From: an uncultured Nitrososphaerales archaeon | Lineage (GTDB): Archaea > Thermoproteota > Nitrososphaeria > Nitrososphaerales > Nitrososphaeraceae | DNA length: 64,000 nt | Assembly (NCBI GenBank): GCA_963709405.1 | Contig: CAVPXM010000021.1 | Location: forward strand, 32,001-96,000 | Direction of reading: 5' to 3' | Shown here: in pieces, positions 1-10,609 of the stretch | Layout: each line of letters opens with the position of its first letter | Position numbering within the stretch: position 1 is the stretch's first letter | Notes under the pieces: generated by a model | What the model saw: only the letters and a program-made list of their open reading frames with translations | Databases searched by the model: none | What the model was told of the DNA's origin: nothing | Translations under genes and position numbers: made by a program

Positions 1-849
1 TGAAAATTGAGAACGAACCGTATACTGCCCTCTATGCATTTCTTTGGCTAAGCTCAAGCATGCCAGGACCGATCATAGGTTGTTGAGGGATAATACTTGT
101 AGCATCTTGATCTATCTTAATGGATTTTTGTCGCGTCCAAGGATTAAAACTCTAAGTGATTACAAATTCTAATTTAAATTTAAGCCTATATCTTCCCCAG
201 AAATCGACTAACGGATCTTTAAAATACATATCGTAAATTGAAGACCAAAAGAAAGAATTACGTTAAGCACTATACCGGTTGGAGTGATTATTAAGGAGGT
301 TACCATTCAGATGCTAACTGCACGTTTTGATACCATTCTCTAATAGTTGAGCTCAATGCCGCGAGGGATTGGCAATAGAAACTATAGGCAAAGACTTGTC
401 TTCTTGAGATCTCGGTTTCAGAATTTCGTTAGAGTAAACCCAAAAGGTGACGACTATTTTGATTCGTCAACTTGATGCGATTGAGACATTATCAAAGGTA
501 GATAGTATGAATATTTTAGATAAGCTCTATATTCAAACATATCACCTTTCTATATGAACAACAGCTACGAGCGCTATTGTGTTTGATATATATCAATTCG
601 CACCATGATCACACAATTTAAATTCTCTCGCTAACGAGCCTTTCCATAATGAAATGCTCGGATTCATTCTGCAATATGATGCCTATCCAACAACAAAGTT
701 TTGCAACAGGGTATCATTCAGAATCTGAATTACTTGAAATGAATTCAATCCTTCTATGCGCAAGCTAGTGCGAAGAATCCTTCGTCCGAATCTATCTCAA
801 AATCTTGAACATGGATTACTTTAATTCAGTTTCGTAACCCTTCAAACCC

Positions 850-2206
850 CTAGAATGTTGATGATATCCAAGAGTTGGATAATTTGAAATTTGAATCGGT
901 TGTAAGAAATGATTTTTCTATGCCGTATCTGTGAATAGGTTTTGTCAAATGCCTGTGGCTTCTTGGCGGAGGTAAATATAGCCCAGTCTTTATGTTCCTC
1001 TCTTTATCAACACGAATTTTTTGCTCCATTCTGCCCTTGTATCCGCATAGTTCACACTGAAATCCTTTATTTTTCCCTTCCGATTTCATTCTTTTACCGC
1101 AGTTCTTGCACAATGGATTAAAAAAACGAAATGTCTGTGAAAGTTCGATTATAGAAAGATATTCCACATTTAGGACTTGTTGATGCATAGATGTTGCCTC
1201 TCGTACTCCGAAACCAATCTCTACCTCATCTCCTATATCCAATTTTGATACGATATTCGCAAGATCTGTAGGTTCATAAACTGCCGCAGCTATACTATTG
1301 CCATAATCATCTTCAACTCCTAATATTACATGTCCACCATTAATGATGCTTGGTTTTATATTCACTCTGCAAATTGAGAAACCAGACATATAAGGTTTAA
1401 TATCTCGAAATTCCAGTTCATTCAGAAGATGCATATTGGTTCCTTGGTTAGATCTAAATACCATATATCCCTCCAAGTGTTCTTCGGGTTTAATCATTTT
1501 GAGTGACGATAGCACAATTTCAGGAGATTCTCCCCTGACCCCACAAAACACAGGATCTGGTCCATGTGGAGCTGACGAGAACTCGATGGTGGGTAAAGTC
1601 ATAACTGTTGAAGGTATTAGGAAATGTTTCCTTACTGCATTTTATCACCTTTGAAGCATCGATCATTCTAACGGTTTGGCAGTTTTCCGATTTTCTATAA
1701 GCAATCGCTTCGAAGGTATGGTCTCCCCAAAGCAGGGTACCAACAGCCGCTAATGAGCCTATTAGCCCTTGGCCGTTTCCAAAAGTGAAATAATCTATGC
1801 TGTCGTATTTTCTTGCAATTTTCTCGGCCATTTCCAGACTCAGAATGTCATACATTGCCTTTCTTCCGAATTCTTGGACGACGTCCGGGACGTATTTACT
1901 ATCTAAAATTACAACACCTGGATTTGCACCGGTGTCAATGGCAGATTCCTCTTCTACGTACTCCGATACATAGTCGATTATTTTATCGCGATCGTAGGTT
2001 CTCAATCGTATGCAAATAGCACCATTCCCTCTAGTTTTCCAAGGTATATTTGGATTCAATCTAATGAGCAGAGGATAATCAATAAAATCGCCTAACCCGT
2101 TTTCCAAAATATGATGAACGATATTGTATGCCAAATAGGTAGTACATCTCCCATCCAACGAATCAGTATCATCTATTCCAATATGCAATACGTCGAGGCT
2201 TGACAT
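850..2206 (-). CDS. tiaS: tRNA(Ile2) 2-agmatinylcytidine synthetase, split by a 1-nt insertion near 1574 (probably a sequencing error)
   Basis: ORF 1520..2206 has IGIDDTDS, CTTY and RLNPNIPWKTRGNGA. ORF 850..1602 continues with PHGPDPVFCGVRGE, SNQGT, an OB fold and a Zn ribbon (CKNC...CELC). The junction reads CTC GTC A GCT CCA CAT. Confidence 0.93.
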
Positions 2207-2735
2207 TCCGTTATACCAAAACGTGGTAACCCTGTCTAAATATTAACTATTCCAATTCTGATAACGTGCAAACGTGACGGACCAAGACTCACTGCGAGAG
2301 ATTATTGGAGTTAAATTATTAAGGTATGTGGCATGACCCACGACTGTATTCTAACTTTTCATGCGTTAAATTCGTTGTCAAGCAGGTACATTTGGGCGTT
2401 ACCTCATAAAGTGCAACTATTCTACTCTTTCAAAGTCGTTTGCTAGCTTTATCGCTAAAAATTGCTAATATTGAACCTGCTGTAGCAGACAGATTTTTAA
2501 AACTATTCAACTGATTAACACCGGCCATCATGAAGCGGGTTGCTCTCGATTTTAAGGGTTAAATTCCAGAAGGTGTATGCATGCTTTATGCGAACACACG
2601 TTATCTAAAGTAAGGATTGGGGATTTTCAAATAATAAATTTTCCGGGAGAACTCGATACAATATAGCAGAATGACCTCACATGTGACATGGTTAAACCTT
2701 ATCAATCTAGGATATTAAAAACCATTTATGTAGAT

Positions 2736-3257
2736 CTAGATCACCTGTTGATTAGGTTGTTGTCCCTTTTGCACGTATCGATAACTTCTCATTGTTCCAA
2801 CTCGTCTAAGGCTTCCTTCTCTTACCATATCAGTCAAGGAATGGGATACGGCCGTCCTATCGTAATTGTATCCGCGCCTGGACAATTCCTCATGAACTCG
2901 GCCCAGAGATCTTTCTGATTCAAAATACCCCTCATAGCATAGTACCCCAATTAACCCTCTACATGTCGCTCCAGTGGAGGGCACCACCTTCGAGTTTGTA
3001 GTATTACTCGATGCTTGGGACTGTGTGCCAGTAAATGTCATTATTCTCGATTTCAAATATGCAATTTCGCCATTTAATTCTTGAAGTTTACTAGTAATTG
3101 CCTCATTCAATTCAGTGGAATTATCGATGCCAAAAAGCACATCCTCTATCACACCCTTGACCCTATCTTTGCCGCATGTTATTTCTATTTCCCAATCTCC
3201 GTGTTTAAGTCTTATCTTAACTTCGTCCGGTTGTGATGGGGGATTATATGCGATCAT
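2736..3257 (-). CDS. hypothetical protein with probable C-terminal winged-helix domain
   Basis: 173-aa ORF. The C-terminus (RSLGRVHEELSRRGYNYDRTAVSHSLTDMVREGSLRRVG..RSYRY) has a wHTH pattern. Confidence 0.7.
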   Translation of the reverse strand: MIAYNPPSQPDEVKIRLKHGDWEIEITCGKDRVKGVIEDVLFGIDNSTELNEAITSKLQELNGEIAYLKSRIMTFTGTQSQASSNTTNSKVVPSTGATCRGLIGVLCYEGYFESERSLGRVHEELSRRGYNYDRTAVSHSLTDMVREGSLRRVGTMRSYRYVQKGQQPNQQVI

Positions 3258-3349
3258 TTCATAATTATCCTAGCCTTAATGGTTTTCATCATTATTGGCC
3301 ATGTTGCACAATATTAATTAGGAACCTTTACAACATAATGTTGATCATC

Positions 3350-4381
3350 ATGAGCAATAGTGTATATCGGAATCTATCGTGTAGTGCGATTGATTTGAAT
3401 GACGTTATTAAGCGAACTACGGAACGCTGTTTTTCTACTGACCTAAAAAAACTGTCTAAGGGCCAGAGAATATTATTTGGTCTTGTTGGTAAAAGCATTC
3501 AATCTTTAGATGGACGGTCCAACAGATATAATCCTTATTGTGCAACTACAATAATACCTATCCAACCTATAAAGACGATGACGACTATCTACGCAATTGA
3601 TTCAAGTAGCACGAGGATTGGTGAGACCGATGATGGAAGTATTTATGCTATAAAATGTGGAATTGTTGTAGCTTCTAATTGTCAAACACTGCTCCACTAT
3701 AAACTTGGTCCACTAATATCCTACCTAAGCCGTGAAAATGTCAGAAATTCTGAATTAGATCACAAGCTAGTCAATCTCATCTTGTTTGATCATGAATCAG
3801 CTGAAAGGCTTATGCGAGTAAGGACTGAAAGATCGATTCAATATGAGTTGTCTAAGAGATTTAACAATTCGATAATCCTTGTTGACGGATCATTAAAAGC
3901 CTCTCCACTCGAATCCAGCCAGCAAAATATAATGAAGATAGTTGAGAACTGCTGTGTTAACAAGAATTCTCTCATAGGCATCACAAAGAAAACGAATCTA
4001 AGGATTCTTAGAAGTATTTTGACGCCGCTATCTAAAAGCAGGTCACCGGCATACATGGATGTAGATCCGATTATCAAAGGACTAATGGGAGATCTGATAG
4101 GTAACAACACGTTGGTCAAATTCGGAGGCAATGCTAGTCCAATACTACGTGCAGACATTGTTGATCCGGAGGGCAATAGAGATGTTACCCTAGGAAAATT
4201 ACTCGGCAATGATTCCACAATAAATGGTTATCCGGATTCGTTGAAATTAGCGCATCATATTTCAACTTTCGCTCCTACCGAAATAGCGTGCCTTAAAGGA
4301 TATCTGGTAAGCAAGTACGGGCTAGTAGAAGTCCAGCCTGAGAATATACGAAGCACATTACTTGGATCGGTGTCGTTATGA
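3350..4381 (+). CDS. nurA: NurA-family nuclease (start uncertain; ORF open from 3233)
   Basis: Motifs YAIDSS, ILVDGSL and C-terminal GYPDSLKLAHH. Its stop overlaps the herA start (ATGA). Confidence 0.8.
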   Translation: MSNSVYRNLSCSAIDLNDVIKRTTERCFSTDLKKLSKGQRILFGLVGKSIQSLDGRSNRYNPYCATTIIPIQPIKTMTTIYAIDSSSTRIGETDDGSIYAIKCGIVVASNCQTLLHYKLGPLISYLSRENVRNSELDHKLVNLILFDHESAERLMRVRTERSIQYELSKRFNNSIILVDGSLKASPLESSQQNIMKIVENCCVNKNSLIGITKKTNLRILRSILTPLSKSRSPAYMDVDPIIKGLMGDLIGNNTLVKFGGNASPILRADIVDPEGNRDVTLGKLLGNDSTINGYPDSLKLAHHISTFAPTEIACLKGYLVSKYGLVEVQPENIRSTLLGSVSL

Positions 4382-5856
4382 GAATCCTATCAAAAAATAA
4401 TGATGGTTTCTTAATGTTGGCAATGAAAACTGAAATAATCAATAAAGGTGAGTATCTACTAATTAGAGACGACAAGTCACACCAAAAATTGGTTGTCCAG
4501 GTATTCGATGAAGAATATCTATCTTCCCAACCACTTATAGATGATATGATTAGAGATGAAGTAGTAACAGCCTCGAGTCTGGAAAACATTCATGATCCCT
4601 TGAATATAAGTATGATATCGAATTTATTGAGAGACGCACGCATTTATCACACCAAAATAAGAGCCGCTATTGATTTTGCTGGGAATCTAACCACTGAAAT
4701 TACTGGCCTTCCTTCCAGGGTATTTTCTAGGGTAAGTCTTCTGAGACTTTCTGAACTTCATTCTCTGCTGGGTAGGACAGGAAACTTTCCTATTCGTCTT
4801 GGCAGAACAGGTATGGCGAATGAAGATATGGTGATCTATGCAGAAGATCTAGATGGTAAATTGAATATCATCACAGGAAAAAAAGAATGTGGTAAATCAC
4901 ACCTTTCCAAAATGCTGGTCAAGACGCTCTTGGAACATGGCGGTTACATAGTAGTTTTCGACTTGAATAATGAATATGCAGGTCTAGCATATAATAAGGA
5001 TAAGTCATCATCGCATATAGCAAGTCGACTCATTAAGCTCGAGCTAGGAGATATCTTAAATTTCTCGTTGGATTACTGTGGGAAGGCTGCAATTTCTAAT
5101 ATGTTGAAGAATGCGCTTGAAATGCCCGGAGCATCGCTACGGGAATTCATGCGCATATGGGATCAACTCGAGTGTAGAAAATCATTAAATCTGGCAAGCA
5201 TTGAGAATGCAATTAACAGCTGGAACATCAATGAATTTGTGCGAGAGGCGCTTATTTCCAGATTTCACACGATTCAAACATCTAAATTGTTTTCAGATGA
5301 CATAAACAAGAAAAGCTTGAAATTTGAAGACATAATCTCAGGAATGAACGGAGGTGCTGCTATGATAGTCAACATGGCTGAACTGTCCCCACTTGTGAGG
5401 AGAATGCTAGTAGAGTTGATATTAAGCAAATTAGTGGAACTGCTCGAAAAAACTCTAATACCACCTATCTTTCTCTTTGCGGAAGAGGCGCACTTGTATG
5501 TTAGAGACACGTATTGGGAGGACATTATTACAAGAATGAGGCATTTTGGAATCTATGCAACCTTTATTACCAACCAGCCTGACGCTATCAATGATGGGAT
5601 CTATAGACAAGTCGATAATATCTTCCTGTTTAATTTCGTGAATGAGAATGATTTGGACAAAATATCAAAGGTATCACTTGCGGACAGTGATACCATTAGA
5701 TCCATAGTCAGGACCTTACCTCAACGTTGCTGCTTAGCGATTGGGAAGGCTGTATGCGATCTACCTGTCGTCGTAAAGGTAGCTACGCTGGAGGTCTTGG
5801 CCATGGGAGAAACAAAAAAATTCTTTAGACGACAAAGTTTAGAGAGCTGTTATTAG
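4378..5856 (+). CDS. herA: HerA/FtsK-family ATPase
   Basis: Walker A GKKECGKS, VFDLNNEY, Walker B LFAEEAH, RMRHFG, FITNQP. Coupled to nurA. Confidence 0.85.
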   Translation: MRILSKNNDGFLMLAMKTEIINKGEYLLIRDDKSHQKLVVQVFDEEYLSSQPLIDDMIRDEVVTASSLENIHDPLNISMISNLLRDARIYHTKIRAAIDFAGNLTTEITGLPSRVFSRVSLLRLSELHSLLGRTGNFPIRLGRTGMANEDMVIYAEDLDGKLNIITGKKECGKSHLSKMLVKTLLEHGGYIVVFDLNNEYAGLAYNKDKSSSHIASRLIKLELGDILNFSLDYCGKAAISNMLKNALEMPGASLREFMRIWDQLECRKSLNLASIENAINSWNINEFVREALISRFHTIQTSKLFSDDINKKSLKFEDIISGMNGGAAMIVNMAELSPLVRRMLVELILSKLVELLEKTLIPPIFLFAEEAHLYVRDTYWEDIITRMRHFGIYATFITNQPDAINDGIYRQVDNIFLFNFVNENDLDKISKVSLADSDTIRSIVRTLPQRCCLAIGKAVCDLPVVVKVATLEVLAMGETKKFFRRQSLESCY

Positions 5857-6150
5857 CTTAGGCAGATGTAATTGGGATCTTGACTCGGACTCGAGTGTTG
5901 TGTTATTTATCGGCAGATATACTTCATCACCAATGAAGACAATATATCCTTTGACTTGCGTCTTTTGCATATTAGATTGCTCACCTTAATACGTATCATA
6001 GCTCTGTTCACGTGATCCTCGGATTGCGGATACGTCATGAACGATGCTTCATCACTTTATATTCATTACACACGATAATCATTACACTCAGATAGGAACA
6101 TTCTTAACTTAGACCAGTCTAGCATTTATGTAGTGGTTGTGTAGGGTAGA

Positions 6151-6591
6151 ATGAGCGACAGGAGTCGTGACTTGCTATTTACAAAGGTAGGTACGGTAAT
6201 TTTATTAGTATCAGATATTGATAGGTCTATGAAGTTTTATAATGATATTCTTGGCCTTCCCATTAAAACAAAATCTTCGGATTGGGTTGAATTCTTTAAC
6301 AGGGAAACAACATTGGCCCTCCATCCTATTAAGAAGGGCAGAAGTAAATCTCGTCATGAAGAAATCAAGAGTGGAATGGCTACCTTGGTAGGATTCATGG
6401 TTAGCGATCTGGAAGCAACTGCAAAAATATTAAAGGATAACAACGTGAAATTTTTCAAAGACCTTAAAAATGAATCATTCGGTAAACATGCAATAATCGA
6501 AGATCCTGATGGACATTTAATATCTATCGCAGAAATTAAATCAAAACCTTCCGAAGAATTCGATTTATTGGGATTACTTGGCGCTGAATAG
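6151..6591 (+). CDS. VOC/glyoxalase family protein
   Basis: VSDIDRSMKFYNDILGL and FGKHAIIEDPDGHLI motifs. Confidence 0.9.
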   Translation: MSDRSRDLLFTKVGTVILLVSDIDRSMKFYNDILGLPIKTKSSDWVEFFNRETTLALHPIKKGRSKSRHEEIKSGMATLVGFMVSDLEATAKILKDNNVKFFKDLKNESFGKHAIIEDPDGHLISIAEIKSKPSEEFDLLGLLGAE

Positions 6592-6949
6592 GCATCAAGG
6601 CATTCTGCAAATACGTGATTCCGAGAAACATGCACTATTTGTGATGGGAATGTTTGGACCCATTTGTAGTATCCAGGGTCAATCTGCGTTTATTTCTAAC
6701 TGATTGTGTGGATCAAATTTGAATGCAGATAGCAAGTTGATGAGTTGGAACACATATTCATAGTCATCTAATCGTATTACAATATAGGAGTGGGATTGTA
6801 TGCTCGGAATGTCACAGAATGATCCTAAGAACCTGATGACTAGTGACATCTTAGAAGGTTCTTATCTATAAAATATTGAGTCAGTACATAATAGATATGA
6901 GATTCTGCCTAAATATTAGTAGGATAGCACATTTCATCGTCTATTTAAT

Positions 6950-6976
6950 GGAAATTACCAGGAAATTACCAGGAAA
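6950..6976. repeat. short tandem duplication GGAAATTACCA x2.4
   Basis: GGAAATTACCA GGAAATTACCA GGAAA read directly from the sequence. Confidence 0.8.
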
Positions 6977-7244
6977 GTTTAAAATCCCCTACATTTTTAA
7001 TTGGTGACTGTCCAAGGCATAATCACTCTTCTTACAACAGATGTTCGTAGTTTCTTTCAAGCACTACTCTTAGATTCCTTACCTATCAATATCCTATGGC
7101 AGGAACATTCACGCTTGTTGTAGCCTTTCTGAATCATCTTTGTATCTCTTATGGTTACGCTTATTTGTGATATATCTTTACTTTGTGAGCAACTTCGGCC
7201 TCTAGCCAAAGTAAATCAGATTAGTTTGACTAATTTCGCTAAAA

Positions 7245-7720
7245 TCAACCGTAATATTTACGCTGACTGCCAGCAGCACCGTCGGGTTCTGTCCTTGAAC
7301 CTATCAGTATATCACTGAAGTAATGCTCATCAATGAGGTTCTCTCTAAGCTTCTCCGGATCTCGCTGCGGTAAGTCTAATTTCAAACCATTACTTAAAGT
7401 GAGAGAGGTCTCAATATTGTTTATTGCTCTGAATTTTCCCCTCATTCTGTACAGCTATATTCAACAGAGGTTGGATATTATCTAATATTTTTCCTAATGA
7501 GTTAAGGTAATACTCACCATGTTTTCTTCTGGTGAGTCGAGTTCTAAGAATACTATTTGCCTTAGAATAAAATTGCTCCCGAGGGAGTGCTATTTTATTC
7601 AAAAGAAATATCAGCTTCATCGCCCGCTATCGCCGTCGTGTTAAACATGTTTAACCAAATACGATCTGAAATGGCTCCTACAATATCTAGTTTTGACACA
7701 GGCTTATTAACCAAATCCAT
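7245..7720 (-). pseudogene. winged-helix regulator-like protein broken by two 1-nt frameshifts (~7607 and ~7435-7450)
   Basis: Three overlapping minus ORFs join into one protein: IVGAISDRIWLNMFNTTAIAGDEADI/LLNKIALPREQFYSKANSILRTRLTRRKHGEYYLNSLGKI...AVQN/GKFRAINNIE. From recall, this resembles a wHTH family common in Nitrososphaeraceae. Confidence 0.65.
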
Positions 7721-7856
7721 ACTTTTGAAAGTAGTAGAGTTAAAGTAGGTAGATATTTCAAAATATATGTTAGAATATTGTTCTATTTGTAACTGCTCTT
7801 GAGGATGTGCAGCGATCTTCATTCTTTTCATTATTCTATCTGACAACCCTGTTAGA

Positions 7857-9389
7857 TTGTTCAAACATGATAACCTACCGCCGGATGCCTGGACAGCTCA
7901 GCGCAATTTTAACTTTCTAAAGTTGAACCACAAGTTAGCAGTGTTGCTGGCCCATTATTACTTATCATTACAATTCTCAAACTTCGTTGCTTTGTGTTTG
8001 AGATTGAACCCCGGTATGCCTCATTATCAGCCTTTTATGACTGAAAGGGTCGAAATACCATTCAATTTTTTTTTACAAATATTAATAAATGGAGTCCTTT
8101 ATACGTATCTCGATTCCTTGTATTTATATCATAATGAAGAATTAGTTTCAAAATTCAAAAATGTTGATGTTTCGATAATTATTCCTACATATAATGAATC
8201 GGAAAATATTTTGAAATTGATTGATGCAATTAAGGTTAATCTCCCCGAGAAAATTATTGCAGAAATTATTATTGTTGATGATAATTCGCCTGATGGAACT
8301 GGTACTGTTGTGGAAAATTACATCCGGACAAGTAAAAATTCGAGACCCATTAATAATTCTCAACTACCTCGAAAACAAAAAGTTGAGAGTAATACTATAG
8401 ATGATTCGATAAGTAGTACAATTCAAATTAAGGTATTACATAGAGAAAATAAAGTAGGCCTTATTCCAGCTATCCTTAATGGAATAGCGTCTTCAGTAGG
8501 AAAATACATTTTGATTATGGATGCTGATTTTTCCCATCCTCCAGACACTATCCCTAAATTGATCAATGAACTGATCCGGGATCCAGATTCGATTGTAGTT
8601 GCTTCACGATACGCTCTTGGAGGTTCCATAAAGGGTTGGCCATACAAAAGGCGAATTCTTAGTAGTAGTGCAATAAAAATTGCTCAGCATAGCTTGAAGG
8701 TACAAGATATTAACGACCCAATATCAGGTTTCTTTGCGATCTCTCGTAATGCTATTGAAAATGTGAAGATCGATACTATGGGGTATAAACTATTGTTAGA
8801 AATACTAGTGAAAGTCAAAGGAAAAAGGGTAAAAGAAATTCCATATACGTTTGTCAATAGAAAATCTGGAAGGAGTAAACTCGATCTACCGGTTGTTCTT
8901 GATTATTTAAGGTCGGTTTGGCGGTTGTATCGTTACGGGCAAAAAACTAGAAACAAAGAGAAATCTAATGTTGAAAAACGCAGTTCAGTCCGATTCTTGT
9001 CAAAAGTGGGTAGATTCTACACGGTAGGCGCAAGTGGTCTTGCATTAAATTTCTTAATATCTTACCTTCTTTCAAACACTATATCAAATATGTGGTATAT
9101 CCACGCGACTATTATAGGGATAGGATTTTCAATAACCTCTAACTTTATTTTCAATAAAATTTGGACTTTTGAAGATATGAAATTTCCGATAAAGTCAACT
9201 TTACGTCAGTATGGACTCTTTGTACTTATTAGTACTTTTGGTGCGGCCCTTCAATTAGGGTTACTCTACATGTTTGTGCAGTATGGGTTCCAATATGGAC
9301 TCTCACTAATTTTTGCTGTTGCTCTTGCATCGGCCAATAATTTCTTCTTGAACAAGAAACTTACGTTCCATGAGAAAATATGGGCATGA
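7857..9389 (+). CDS. GT2 polyprenol-phosphate mannosyltransferase-like protein with C-terminal GtrA flippase domain (true start probably ~8040-8120)
   Basis: SIIIPTYNE, IVDDNSPDGT, MDADFSHPP, DPISGFF and RKSGRSKL, followed by 4 TM segments (RFYTVGASG...NFIFNKIWTF...NFFLNKKLTF). Confidence 0.9.
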   Translation: MFKHDNLPPDAWTAQRNFNFLKLNHKLAVLLAHYYLSLQFSNFVALCLRLNPGMPHYQPFMTERVEIPFNFFLQILINGVLYTYLDSLYLYHNEELVSKFKNVDVSIIIPTYNESENILKLIDAIKVNLPEKIIAEIIIVDDNSPDGTGTVVENYIRTSKNSRPINNSQLPRKQKVESNTIDDSISSTIQIKVLHRENKVGLIPAILNGIASSVGKYILIMDADFSHPPDTIPKLINELIRDPDSIVVASRYALGGSIKGWPYKRRILSSSAIKIAQHSLKVQDINDPISGFFAISRNAIENVKIDTMGYKLLLEILVKVKGKRVKEIPYTFVNRKSGRSKLDLPVVLDYLRSVWRLYRYGQKTRNKEKSNVEKRSSVRFLSKVGRFYTVGASGLALNFLISYLLSNTISNMWYIHATIIGIGFSITSNFIFNKIWTFEDMKFPIKSTLRQYGLFVLISTFGAALQLGLLYMFVQYGFQYGLSLIFAVALASANNFFLNKKLTFHEKIWA

Positions 9390-10066
9390 ATATAGCATTT
9401 TTAGCACCTGCAAAATTTCTTACTCTGCCGAAATAAGTCCTGACATTAAGACCTTCTCGGCTAGACTGAAGATTAGGGTATTATTTATTCCTGGTGTAGC
9501 TGACGATAATTAATCAGCGTTGTGATTATGAGTGCATAATACTTAATTCGAATCGCAAGTGTAGATCACTTTGTTATATTCAGTATCACAAAGCCTGAAT
9601 AAGGTTCGGTTGTTGTGACACATCAAGTCATGTTAAAACATAACTGAGTAGATCAAACTTTTATGTGATACGAAATGTTGTTATAATGAGCAACGATTGA
9701 ACGTCATGTATTGGTGAGTGAATCGAGAATATCATCGAAAATAACTTTGTGGGATGTAAGACAGATTCTATATAAAGATAAACCATTCCAGGATTTGTGT
9801 TCGAACCACTTACTCGACTATACGAGTGATAGATGAGTTATCTCGGACCCTCATTCGCATACACATATCGACTCCCCAGAATTGAATTATCGTGCAATTC
9901 ATGATTGAGATGAAAGGCAACTAAATCAATGGAAAATTGTTTGTAATAGTTCGAGCTTTCCGAGTCAACCAACATATATAAAGTGAATCTATACAAATCT
10001 CGATCTGATCAAACATCAACCTATTGAAAACCATCCCCATGATACTCTTTAGCCTTTTCTGTGGCG

Positions 10067-10210
10067 CTAGAACTTCGGAATTCGTTCCTCATCCGCATGA
10101 TGAAAGAACCCCAGAAAGTACGTTTTCGTAGGCCAGCACACCCGCTCGCATAGCCCATTGACACTTTCTGAAGTGTGTATGGCTTTGCCACAATCCAAAC
10201 ATTTAGTCAA
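10067..10210 (-). CDS. putative 47-aa zinc-finger small protein
   Basis: Manual translation from TTG: MTKCLDCGKAIHTSESVNGLCERVCWPTKTYFLGFFHHADEERIPKF. TATA-like TTAAATA upstream at ~10253-10259. Confidence 0.4.
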   Translation of the reverse strand: MTKCLDCGKAIHTSESVNGLCERVCWPTKTYFLGFFHHADEERIPKF

Positions 10211-10609
10211 TTAGCTTTTCACGTCTTATCATTAGTAAACTTAATCGCGATATATTTAACTAGCGAGTTTCCAGAATCGACTAGAGTATGCGACGTTTGT
10301 GATAAGAGTGATTAGTGTCTTCGAATCGGGAGCCTAATTCGAAGATTATTTCATCGTGACAATACCTAGTGACAAATGAAGATGTTGATCTCCGAGAGGT
10401 TTACAAAGAATTTCAGATATTTTCATTTTCTCTTCATGCCTCTTTGATTTAGATGGATATATGAATCTGGCACTCGAAGATAGATTAGCAAAAACATAAA
10501 GGAGTTACGTTTCGTTATTTTCAACCTCTCTTTGCCAGTAACCTGCTTTTATGTCATATATAAATACAAAACGTTTAATAGATTACAGCTAAATTGAGTT
10601 ACTGTACTA

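Noticed and set aside
850-2206. Programmed frameshifting or true pseudogenisation of tiaS (and similarly lysX and the CDF gene)
   Set aside because: There is no slippery heptamer or stimulatory structure, the genes are otherwise intact, and the indels are better explained as sequencing errors.
6950-6976. GGAAATTACCA tandem repeat as an operator or iteron
   Set aside because: Only 2.4 copies and not noticed elsewhere; consistent with replication slippage.
7857-8140. Long N-terminal extension of the GT2 ORF
   Set aside because: It overlaps the divergent promoter region and contains a TATA-like TATTTATA at ~8121, so it is probably an incidental open frame.
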